Source of the DNA: a virus | Virus record (IMG/VR): IMGVR_UViG_3300012682_000002 | Location: 1 to 51,574 of that record | DNA length: 51,574 nt | Strand: one strand, 5' to 3' | Shown here: positions 36,619 to 44,439 of the stretch, one piece after another | How positions within the stretch are numbered: the first letter of the stretch is position 1 | How the letters are laid out: each line of letters starts with the position of its first letter | Made by a program: the position numbers and the translations under genes | The notes under the pieces: model-generated | The model's input: only the letters and a program-made list of their open reading frames with translations | The model's database searches: none | Told to the model about the DNA's origin: nothing

Positions 36619-36806
36619 CCCCTCCCCCTCCCCCACGCCTGTCGCGCCGCGGCCTCGCTGGCGTAGAACGTGACGCCCGCCATCGATTCCCAGATCGCGT
36701 ACGGCTGAGCCACGCAAACGGCGCAGCGGGTGAGCGTGCGGTCGCCGATCGGACGGGCGCCGGGGCGGGTCGCCAGCACGGTGCGGGGGTGGGTGGCGGC
36801 GGTCAT
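36615..36806 (-). CDS. Hypothetical protein
   Basis: ORF 36615-36881 trimmed to ATG 36806 (ATGA overlap). 63 aa. Confidence 0.45.
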   Translation of the reverse strand: MTAATHPRTVLATRPGARPIGDRTLTRCAVCVAQPYAIWESMAGVTFYASEAAARQAWGRGRG

Positions 36807-37450
36807 TGCTTCACCCCCTGCCGCTTCCACATATCGACGTGGCGGCGTTGCCACTTGTACAAAGCCAGCGCCGCGCGCCACGCCCGCTGGTCGCCGGCGT
36901 CGTCATCGAACTCGGTGACATAAAGTTCACCCGGCCGACGGCTCGGCATCTGCACGATCAGCCGCACGTCACAGCCGATGGCGTGCGCCTCCAGCGCGGC
37001 GAGTTGATAGGCGGCGGTTTGGAGCCGATACGATTCGCCCACGCTGTTGCTCGTCTTGAGGTCCACCAACGCCCGCCGGCCGTCTTTGAGGTCGGCGATT
37101 AAGTCGAGCGTACCGGCGTAACCGTGCTTGACCGACCAGACGAACTGCTCGACGGCGACGACCTCGGCGACGTTCTTCTCGAACCAAGCGCTGTAGGCGT
37201 GAATGAATGGCGCGATATCGAGGGCAACGGGGCCGCCGGCCGCGTCCCGGTTGATCTCCTCGCACACCCCATGCACCCGTGTACCTAAGCCGGTCGCTTC
37301 CCGGCCGATGCGCCGCGATTCCTCCAGGCCAACCTTGTGCCGCCATGCCTCCAGGCCAGGGGCGGCGATGACGTTGAGGATGGTGCTGACGCGCGGGTAG
37401 ACGATCCCGTCTACCTCATAGCCGCGCGGGGTGAGTTTTACGTTGCTCAT
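36803..37450 (-). CDS. PD-(D/E)xK exonuclease (Cas4/RecB-like)
   Basis: 215 aa. GTRVHG..., YAGTLDLIADLKDGRRALVDLKTS and QTAAYQLA fit the D...D/ExK...QxxxY nuclease motifs. Confidence 0.65.
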   Translation of the reverse strand: MSNVKLTPRGYEVDGIVYPRVSTILNVIAAPGLEAWRHKVGLEESRRIGREATGLGTRVHGVCEEINRDAAGGPVALDIAPFIHAYSAWFEKNVAEVVAVEQFVWSVKHGYAGTLDLIADLKDGRRALVDLKTSNSVGESYRLQTAAYQLAALEAHAIGCDVRLIVQMPSRRPGELYVTEFDDDAGDQRAWRAALALYKWQRRHVDMWKRQGVKQ

Positions 37451-37881
37451 GCTTCATCCTCAGCGACCCAGCACGGCCTGTTCATGTCGTTGTCGAACTC
37501 GACCATCAAATCGGCAACGCGGACGGCGATCATCGGCTCGCGATGATCCGTGCATGACCAGACGGGGCGATCAAGCGTCAGCAGGTCCGGCGTCCATCCC
37601 TCATCGCCCCAAGTACAGGTCGGACAGAGGGCGTCGGCTGGCCGCTCGGAGAGGTAGCCGTACTGTTCGGCGCGGAGGTGCCAGCGTTCGACGGCACGAC
37701 GCAACTTGGCTGTGTCGCCGGCGGCTTCCGCTTCGCGGCCGATCGCCTCGGCTTTGTCGATGCGCTCGGCGAGATCGGCGAGCGCGACGGCGCGTTCCTT
37801 GGCCCCTGTTGGCGGAATGATGCCGCTGACGAGGTAGTCACCGGCGCCACGGGTGGGGCGGGTGGAGGTGTAGGTGGTCAT
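37447..37881 (-). CDS. Hypothetical protein
   Basis: ORF 37447-37980 trimmed to ATG 37881 (TGATG overlap). 144 aa. Confidence 0.5.
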   Translation of the reverse strand: MTTYTSTRPTRGAGDYLVSGIIPPTGAKERAVALADLAERIDKAEAIGREAEAAGDTAKLRRAVERWHLRAEQYGYLSERPADALCPTCTWGDEGWTPDLLTLDRPVWSCTDHREPMIAVRVADLMVEFDNDMNRPCWVAEDEA

Positions 37882-38393
37882 CACGAAAGCTTTCCCTGAT
37901 CGACGGCATCGCGGATGGTGCTTTCGGACGGCATGGTTCGAAACGCGGACTTCACCGGCCGGCGGAACCCGTCCGACCACTCCTGATACCGGCGCTGGGA
38001 CTTGAAGAGGTTTTGCTTTCGCACCTCATCCATCATGTCGAGCCGAGGATCGTCAACCTGGCCCACGCTCGAAACCATCCCCTCGCCGATCGGCACAACG
38101 GCGTCGAGGATGCCCAACTCTTCGAACGCCGCTTGCCCGCTGGCAAGCTTCTCCATCTGGCGCTTGCCATCCGCAACTACGCGCGCATGGGCATGCCGCA
38201 TCGCCGTCTCTGCCGCCGCTTCTTCGAGCGTCGTTTGTGCGTATGTCGACGCGCGTATCTCCTTCATCACCGCGTCGCGCGCGGCTCGCATCGCCGACGC
38301 TTCATCGGCAACGTTGCCGGCCGCCTCTAAGCGGGCGATCTCCGCGCGATACGCCGTTTCCGCGGTGCTATTCCACTCGTTCATCGGGTCCAC
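37881..38393 (-). CDS. Hypothetical protein
   Basis: 170-aa helical ORF. Confidence 0.5.
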   Translation of the reverse strand: MDPMNEWNSTAETAYRAEIARLEAAGNVADEASAMRAARDAVMKEIRASTYAQTTLEEAAAETAMRHAHARVVADGKRQMEKLASGQAAFEELGILDAVVPIGEGMVSSVGQVDDPRLDMMDEVRKQNLFKSQRRYQEWSDGFRRPVKSAFRTMPSESTIRDAVDQGKLS

Positions 38394-39187
38394 TCCTTCG
38401 CGAGACTACCCAGGTTCTCCGCCGCTTCGTTCAACAACGCTGCCGTGAGCGGCTCATCCAGGAAACTACGGTCATCCGAGAACAGGGCGATCGCCCGCTC
38501 CCGTCGCGGCGCATCGGCGAGCAGATCGAGCGCCACCTTCACCGAGCGACTAAGCCGATCGCTGATGATGGTGATGTCTTCGTTCCGCCTGCGCGTCCGT
38601 TCGCCGAGTTCGGCCAACGCACCGACAAGCGTCAGTCGCTCCTCGACCACTTGATCGGCGAGGTCGGGCGCCTCGGCGCGAAGGCGCGCCATCCGCGCGT
38701 CGGTTGACTCGGCGGCGATCTTGCGGGTGCGGGCTTCGGCGTAGGCGTCGCTGAGCGGCAGACTGCCGGCCATCACTGCATCGGTGAGGTCAGGGGCATA
38801 GGTGAGGACGGTGGATGCATGAACCACACGGGAGCGATTCATACCCGCTGTCTTCGCGGCTTCTGCCTGAGAGGTGTTATTTTTTAACACCACCTGCGCC
38901 ACCACCATCGCCAGTTGCCCCTTGCTCATGTGCCGCCGGTTGACGTTGGACGAGAGGATGTAGGCGACCGGATCGTGATCGCCCAACTGCTCGAACGCCG
39001 GCTCGACGCCGGCCAGTTCGCAGGCACGGAGACGGTTGCGCCCGTCGATCAACTGGCCGTCCGTGTCGATCACGATTGGGTGGATCAAGCCGTTCGCCTT
39101 GATGTCGTCCGCCAGGTCGTGCAGCTCTTCGTCAGGCACCATCGGAAACAATGCCGCCATTGGATGTACGCGATACTCGCTTGTCAT
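38381..39187 (-). CDS. ParB N-terminal-domain DNA-binding protein
   Basis: 268 aa. HPMAALFPMVPDEELHDLADDIKANGLIHPIVI..LIDGRNRLRAC, then an HTH-like segment. RBS AGGAAAGGGGAG. Confidence 0.75.
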   Translation of the reverse strand: MTSEYRVHPMAALFPMVPDEELHDLADDIKANGLIHPIVIDTDGQLIDGRNRLRACELAGVEPAFEQLGDHDPVAYILSSNVNRRHMSKGQLAMVVAQVVLKNNTSQAEAAKTAGMNRSRVVHASTVLTYAPDLTDAVMAGSLPLSDAYAEARTRKIAAESTDARMARLRAEAPDLADQVVEERLTLVGALAELGERTRRRNEDITIISDRLSRSVKVALDLLADAPRRERAIALFSDDRSFLDEPLTAALLNEAAENLGSLAKEWTR

Positions 39188-39212
39188 ACACTCCCCTTTC
39201 CTATGCGCTTAT

Positions 39213-39284
39213 CGAAGTTCGCTCGCGCCTCGCCCCCGCGCCCCGTAAGGGGCGCAGGGGGGCGTGGGCGCGTGCGAACTGAAG
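39213..39284. repeat. Large GC-rich imperfect palindrome
   Basis: The arms pair as gttcgc/gcgaac, cgcgcc/ggcgcg, cgccccc/gggggcg and gcgcccc/ggggcgc around the loop gtaa (39245-39248). Confidence 0.7.
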
Positions 39285-39306
39285 CATTGCCGCTAGGTTG
39301 GTGGTT

Positions 39307-39466
39307 GAAGTACGTCGTGAGGTGGGTCGTCGCGGCGATTCGTCCGCCGCAACGTACTTCACGTACTTCACAAGCTTGTAAGTGAAGTACGTTATTTGAG
39401 GTCGATGGTTGGACTATTGCGTAACACATATTCTTGAAGTACGTGCTTGAAGTACGTGAAGTACGT
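39307..39466. promoter_or_regulatory. Iteron array: 7 copies of GAAGTACGT (candidate origin or parS-like site)
   Basis: Forward copies at 39307-15, 39384-92, 39436-44, 39449-57 and 39458-66. Reverse copies at 39352-60 and 39361-69. The region is AT-richer than the genome. Confidence 0.7.
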
Positions 39467-41367
39467 CAGGCATCATCCATCTCCCCTAGCCGTAGAAATG
39501 TGTACTTTCCGTCCTTCCGATCGACCTTGATCGCGCCGCTCTTCCGACCGGCGGTGATGCCGCGCTCGGCCGTTGTGCGCGGCAGTTGGTACTCCGCCAT
39601 CACCGCGTCCCGCAACTCCCCGTAGGTCATCACGCCGCGCTCGTCGAGCAGTTCGCAGGCGTGCATTAACGCTGCTGTCTCCGCTCCATAGGCTGCCGCT
39701 GTTGAGCCGATCACCGTCATCACCACCGGCTCGCCTTTGTTCGCATCTCCCTCCAACTTGTAGATTACATCGGGTGCCCTCATGCCGCCGCGTATCTTCT
39801 CGACATGGACACGCACGAGCGGATCGGTGCTGTTGCCTATCAGTTGCACATGGTTGTCGGCATTCGCCTTGAACTCGCCGCTGCCGCGCAAACGATTGCC
39901 CGGCGTTACCGTCCCTTCGCGTGGTGCTTTGTTGAGATGCTGGAGCATAATCCAGGTGACGCCCGTCTTAAGACGGATCGTACGTAGCATCTTGTGGAAG
40001 GCGGCAACGTCCCGCGAACTGTTCTCATCGCCGTCAAAGAAGCGGATCAGGCTGTCGGTGACGATCAGGTTGATGCCCCGCTCTTCGATCACGCGCGTTA
40101 GCCAGGCGGCATCCTGTGGCCGCGCGAGCCGTATCTCCGCGTCGATTACGAAGTCGACCGGGATGTCTTCATCGGCATCGATGCCCATGCCCTCGCAGAG
40201 CGCCCGTAGCCGCCGCTGCGCCTCTTGGATGCCGTTCTCCTCGTCGATGTAGAGGGCGCGGATAGGCGCCGTCTCACGGCCAAGGAACGGCATCCCACGG
40301 GCGGCATGGAGCACCAGCGCTAGCACCCACCAGGACTTGCCGAGGCCAGATTCTCCCGACAGGACGACGTAGCGGCCGCGCGGGATCGTGTCTGCTAGCA
40401 CCCATTCGATCGGCGGCAGGTCGAGGGCGCGCAGCTCGCGCGCCGTCCAGATCGTTCGGGCAGCGGTCGGCTCCGCCGCCGGCGCATCGTCGTCTTCGAG
40501 GAACGCTGTCGCTTCCCGTGTTGGTGCATACCGCCGATAGGCGCTGTTCAGGGCGGCGACGGCTTCCGATTCATCGAGCGGCGGCTTCGCGTTCGCTGCC
40601 GCCTCCCGGATCAGTCGCGCCGCCATCTCATAGGGCACGTCCGCGCCGCGCAGTTTGGCGGCGAGCCGGAAGACCTGATCGTTGCGCTGGCCCTCCGGCA
40701 CGCCGTCGAGGATGGCGCCGGTGTCGAGCCGCGAGAACGGTAATGGCTCTTTGGCTCCGTCCGTGCGCGGCAGCCAGGTGGGTACGTCCGCCAGCTCGCA
40801 CTCGTCCGGGCCATATCCGATCTCCCATGCGTAGCGCCGCCCCGAATGATGGCGCGAGGGCGGCGCGACGGCGTAGCCGCCCTCGCCGCGTACGTCCACG
40901 CCCGGCGCAATCTTGCCGGCGCTGTTGCCGATATAACCGCCGGGGTGACGGAGATAGGCATGCCAGCCGCCACCGCCGGTGAGGACGCGCCACGTCTCGG
41001 CGAGCGCGCCGTGCTCCGCCTCGAGGCGGTGGATCGACTCCTCGCCACCCTTGTCCGGGTCCACGTCGATCAGGGCCAGGCCGGAGACCGAGCCGGTGCG
41101 GATGCCGATATTCGCGCCCGGATAGGCGGACCACCACCGGCGGATCGTGGCCGTGTCCGCCGTGGCGTCGAGCACGCCGCGTGGCACGAGCGAGCCGACC
41201 GGATGCTTGGCGATCTGGGTGCAGGCGCCGTCGCCGCACTCGCATTCGCCGTCCGCGTTCGGCGCCCACACCGGGAAGACGCGTAGACCGAGCGCCGCAT
41301 AGCGCAGCGCCGCACTCCCCGTTTCGGATGGCTGGGTATCGTTCATAGGTCGGCTTGCCACAGACAC
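39466..41367 (-). CDS. Bifunctional primase-polymerase (PrimPol) fused to a RepA/DnaB-like P-loop helicase
   Basis: 633 aa. LRVFPVW..., IDVDPDKGG, GGGWHAYL and VDVRGEGGYAVAPPS form the PrimPol domain. GESGLGKSW is Walker A and LYIDEE is Walker B. Confidence 0.85.
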   Translation of the reverse strand: MSVASRPMNDTQPSETGSAALRYAALGLRVFPVWAPNADGECECGDGACTQIAKHPVGSLVPRGVLDATADTATIRRWWSAYPGANIGIRTGSVSGLALIDVDPDKGGEESIHRLEAEHGALAETWRVLTGGGGWHAYLRHPGGYIGNSAGKIAPGVDVRGEGGYAVAPPSRHHSGRRYAWEIGYGPDECELADVPTWLPRTDGAKEPLPFSRLDTGAILDGVPEGQRNDQVFRLAAKLRGADVPYEMAARLIREAAANAKPPLDESEAVAALNSAYRRYAPTREATAFLEDDDAPAAEPTAARTIWTARELRALDLPPIEWVLADTIPRGRYVVLSGESGLGKSWWVLALVLHAARGMPFLGRETAPIRALYIDEENGIQEAQRRLRALCEGMGIDADEDIPVDFVIDAEIRLARPQDAAWLTRVIEERGINLIVTDSLIRFFDGDENSSRDVAAFHKMLRTIRLKTGVTWIMLQHLNKAPREGTVTPGNRLRGSGEFKANADNHVQLIGNSTDPLVRVHVEKIRGGMRAPDVIYKLEGDANKGEPVVMTVIGSTAAAYGAETAALMHACELLDERGVMTYGELRDAVMAEYQLPRTTAERGITAGRKSGAIKVDRKDGKYTFLRLGEMDDA

Positions 41368-41430
41368 GCTCGCTCAGCGGCCATCGCGGGCGGGGGAGGA
41401 CACCCGCAACGGCCCTATTCATTCCTTCGC

Positions 41431-41895
41431 TCAGGCGGACCCGAATTCGTCGTCGTCGTCCTCATCCGCCACCGCCGCTACCGGCGCGGCCTTCTTGCGG
41501 CGCGCGCCCAGCACCTTCGTCACGTTCGAGAAGGTCTGCCCCGATTGATTCGTTTTGTCCTCGACGAGAATCCGGCAGGGTTTGCTCATCAGGCCGGCGC
41601 GGATGCCATGCGTGCCGCCCGTGGGCAGCGAGCCGTTGATGGCGAGCCACCACTCGCCCAGCACCGCCTTCGGGTGGAGTGAGGGGGTCAGGAAGCGGCG
41701 CGTGATCTTCTTGCCGGTGTACTCTCCGGGCTGGGTGATCTCGAACGTCACCTGCACCGCCGGCTTCGGTTCGCCGGTGTCGAAGTCCTTCTTTTCGTCG
41801 GCGGCGATCGCCACGATCATGGCGTCGTACGTGTCGGGGTCGATCGCCTCGTATGCGTCGCTGCTGATCAAGATATCGTCGCTGTAGGTCTGCAC
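41431..41895 (-). CDS. Putative ssDNA-binding protein (DUF669-like) with acidic C-terminal tail
   Basis: 154 aa. Ends ...ADEDDDDEFGSA. Sits immediately upstream of the primase-helicase, as in DUF669/primase modules. Confidence 0.5.
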   Translation of the reverse strand: MQTYSDDILISSDAYEAIDPDTYDAMIVAIAADEKKDFDTGEPKPAVQVTFEITQPGEYTGKKITRRFLTPSLHPKAVLGEWWLAINGSLPTGGTHGIRAGLMSKPCRILVEDKTNQSGQTFSNVTKVLGARRKKAAPVAAVADEDDDDEFGSA

Positions 41896-41954
41896 GATGG
41901 TTCATCCTTTCGATCGCTCATGCGTGATGGTCGATATGCCGCGAGTGCGGCGGT

Positions 41955-42164
41955 TTATAGACTCTTCCAGACCTCCTTTCTCGACCGGCCCCACCGTCCG
42001 ACGACGCTCCCCAATCCCAGTCGCTCAACGGTGCGGCGATGGATGCCGCACACCGTCATCCGGGTGCCATCCGGGCGTTCGACATCGAACACGCCCTCCA
42101 CTTGACAGCACCGCGCACCGTCTGCCGCCTCAATCACCCAATGACAGAGACGGCGTGACCGCAT
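41955..42164 (-). CDS. Small Cys-rich hypothetical protein
   Basis: ORF 41955-42311 trimmed to ATG 42164, which follows AGGAG. 69 aa. Confidence 0.45.
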   Translation of the reverse strand: MRSRRLCHWVIEAADGARCCQVEGVFDVERPDGTRMTVCGIHRRTVERLGLGSVVGRWGRSRKEVWKSL

Positions 42165-42338
42165 CGGCGCTCCTGTATTTGTCTCCCCACCCCGCCCGCC
42201 CGCGCTCCCTGGGACGGGGAAGGTGGGGAGACGAGCGGCCGGGATGGGGGAAAGGCGGCACCCCTCCGCCGGACAGACGATCAAGACGAGGGGAGAGCAA
42301 CTTCGGCTCACCTTGATCGCCCGTCCAGGGGTGGGTAC

Positions 42339-43625
42339 CTACGTCACTCCGTCTCCCTCCAATCGCCGCCAGAGCTCGCGGAAGGCGGTTGCTGCTTGGA
42401 GGGGAACGACGGCGTTGCCGAGGGCGCGGAGGCGGTCGGTACGGTGGCGCATGGCAAGGTCCAGTTCTGCGGAAAACCTTGGAGCCACTCCACGAAGCGG
42501 GGCGATAAGCGCGGGCGCGAAGTCGGGCCGTTCGGCGAGGATGGCGGCCCAGGCGTCGCGGTCGGCGGGGCCGGGTGGGAAGGGCACCGATCCCAGTTGT
42601 TTGCCTGAGGGCCGAGTTTCATACCGGCGCTGTTCAGGGATGTGCGACCCGACGCGGCGTCGTTCGCTATCGGCGTCGCCCACATCGTCCGCGTCTGCTG
42701 ATCCAGCCCCATCTCGTCCACTCGGTCCCCGCCCCGGCTGCGGAAGCTGTCGGTTGCCGGGGTCTGCCAGAGCATCGCGCTGTCCGAGAGATTCAGTTGC
42801 CGGTGATGCTTGCCCACCTGCTCGCCCCGACGCAGCGCATCCAGCTCCGCTTCCGAGCGACTCCTCGGCCCGTCGCCGCTCAGGGCGTCCGGCGTCGGCC
42901 ACATCGCCGTTACTGCGGTCAGCGTGTCCGCCACGCCCCTCGTCCGACGCGCTCCGCTGCTCTCCGCGTCCTCCGCACGCGCCGTCGGCCACCGCTGCGC
43001 TACCTGTCCCAGCAGTGGTTTCCGTTCCCCATCCGTTCCCGTCGTCGATCCCCACTGGCCTGCGTCCGGGGTCGGCCAGGTCGAGTCCGGACCGTCGCGC
43101 AAGGCAGAACCATCGCTCGCGCTGATGGGAGGCACCCACGTCCGACGCACGAAGACTGAACCATTCCGCATCCCACCCGCTTTCGGCCAATGCTCCGAGA
43201 ACAACGTCAAGGTTCGGTCGAACATAGATACCTGCAACGTTTTCCAAGAAGAGGTAGCGCGCTCCCACGTCGTTAGCAATGCGGAGGATGTCAAAGAAGA
43301 GGGCGGATCGGTTGGCGTGGATGCCGCCGCGCTTACCGGCGGTACTGAGGTCCTGGCAGGGGAAGCCTCCGGCCACGAGGTCAACCGGCCCGCCTCGATC
43401 AACGACAGCGCGGAGCACATCGCCTCGGAAGGTGGCGATGTCAGACCAGATAGGGCATGGAGATAAGGAGCCGTCCGCCATGCGCGCGACCAGGACCGCG
43501 ACGCTATAGGCTTCCCTCTCAATGAGAGCGATAGGCCGGCTGCCGGGAGCGGCGTGTTCGACGGCCAGTTCGAGACCGCCGATGCCGCTAAAGCAGCCGA
43601 GGTAACGGAGGGGACGGATATCCAC
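42339..43625 (-). CDS. DNA (cytosine-5)-methyltransferase (frame A; the middle motifs lie in a second frame)
   Basis: ORF 42339-43700 with a likely GTG at 43625 after GGAG. FSGIGG (motif I), GFPCQDLS (IV), FLENV (VI), SHQRERWF (VIII) and RLRALGNAVVP (X). Confidence 0.8.
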   Translation of the reverse strand: MDIRPLRYLGCFSGIGGLELAVEHAAPGSRPIALIEREAYSVAVLVARMADGSLSPCPIWSDIATFRGDVLRAVVDRGGPVDLVAGGFPCQDLSTAGKRGGIHANRSALFFDILRIANDVGARYLFLENVAGIYVRPNLDVVLGALAESGWDAEWFSLRASDVGASHQRERWFCLARRSGLDLADPGRRPVGIDDGNGWGTETTAGTGSAAVADGACGGRGEQRSASDEGRGGHADRSNGDVADAGRPERRRAEESLGSGAGCAASGRAGGQASPATESLGQRDALADPGNRQLPQPGRGPSGRDGAGSADADDVGDADSERRRVGSHIPEQRRYETRPSGKQLGSVPFPPGPADRDAWAAILAERPDFAPALIAPLRGVAPRFSAELDLAMRHRTDRLRALGNAVVPLQAATAFRELWRRLEGDGVT

Positions 43626-43706
43626 ATGTATCACTCCAAGAGAGAGGTGACGGGGCGAGGCTGACGGAGCCGGGGTAGTAGCCCCAGCCAGCCTCGCCAC
43701 CGCCGG

Positions 43707-43907
43707 CTACGCGATCACCCGCATCACCAGCCGCACCGCGATGACGATCACGAGCCACGCAATCGCGCCGAGGATCGGCACGGTGACCAGCATCTCCATG
43801 CCGCGAAAGCGGTCGGCGTTGATACCGGTGTGTCGGGAGTGGGTCCAGTCTTCTCCTTCGTTTACTTCGTAGTCGGTTAGCGTCTTATCCCATTCCCACA
43901 TCAGCAT
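43707..43907 (-). CDS. Small membrane protein
   Basis: 66 aa. C-terminal TM LVTVPILGAIAWLVIVIAVRLV. Confidence 0.5.
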   Translation of the reverse strand: MLMWEWDKTLTDYEVNEGEDWTHSRHTGINADRFRGMEMLVTVPILGAIAWLVIVIAVRLVMRVIA

Positions 43908-44143
43908 TGGTCGGCCCCTCCCTGGTGCGCGCGGGCGGTGTCGGCGGCAGACTCGACGTCGTTGCGCCTCAGCGCCGCCGCCAGCCGCCGCCCCATCGGA
44001 CTGGTCGCCGGGAACGTCGGGATGGCCTGGACCACCGCCGAACGGAGCGCCGCGTTCTCGCTCAACAACGCGTTATGCGCGTAGGCGCTGTACGCGGCGG
44101 CGATGTGCGTGGGGCAGGTGAGAACGCAATCGCAGGTGGTCAT
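43901..44143 (-). CDS. Hypothetical protein
   Basis: 80-aa ORF, overlap-coupled. Confidence 0.45.
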   Translation of the reverse strand: MTTCDCVLTCPTHIAAAYSAYAHNALLSENAALRSAVVQAIPTFPATSPMGRRLAAALRRNDVESAADTARAHQGGADQC

Positions 44144-44439
44144 GCCATCACCTCCTCATAGAGATCGGCGGTACTGAGCGCCGGCGTGGCCGTGCAGCTG
44201 CAGCCGTCGGCGTGCCACGCCTCTAGCTCCCGCACATCGGCGGCGCGCTCGGTCTCCGCTGCCTGGACATTGATCCAGTGCCGCTGGCGAGGCGAGAGTC
44301 GCATCGCCTCGGCACGCCGCAACGTCGCGTAGGCGAGCAGGGCGGCGCGGCGCTGGTCGATGGCGACAGATGCGGTGGGGGCGAGTTCGCGGGCGGTTTC
44401 GCCGCGGGGGTCGGTAACGGTGAAGCAGTGGAGGATCAT
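44140..44439 (-). CDS. Hypothetical protein
   Basis: ORF 44140-44778 trimmed to ATG 44439 (ATGA overlap with the upstream stop). 99 aa. Confidence 0.5.
   Translation of the reverse strand: MILHCFTVTDPRGETARELAPTASVAIDQRRAALLAYATLRRAEAMRLSPRQRHWINVQAAETERAADVRELEAWHADGCSCTATPALSTADLYEEVMA

Noticed and set aside
39184-39429. 81-aa minus-strand ORF spanning the palindrome and iterons
   Set aside because: It covers repeat and palindrome DNA, has no RBS and a non-protein-like translation, and would overlap the ParB-like start.
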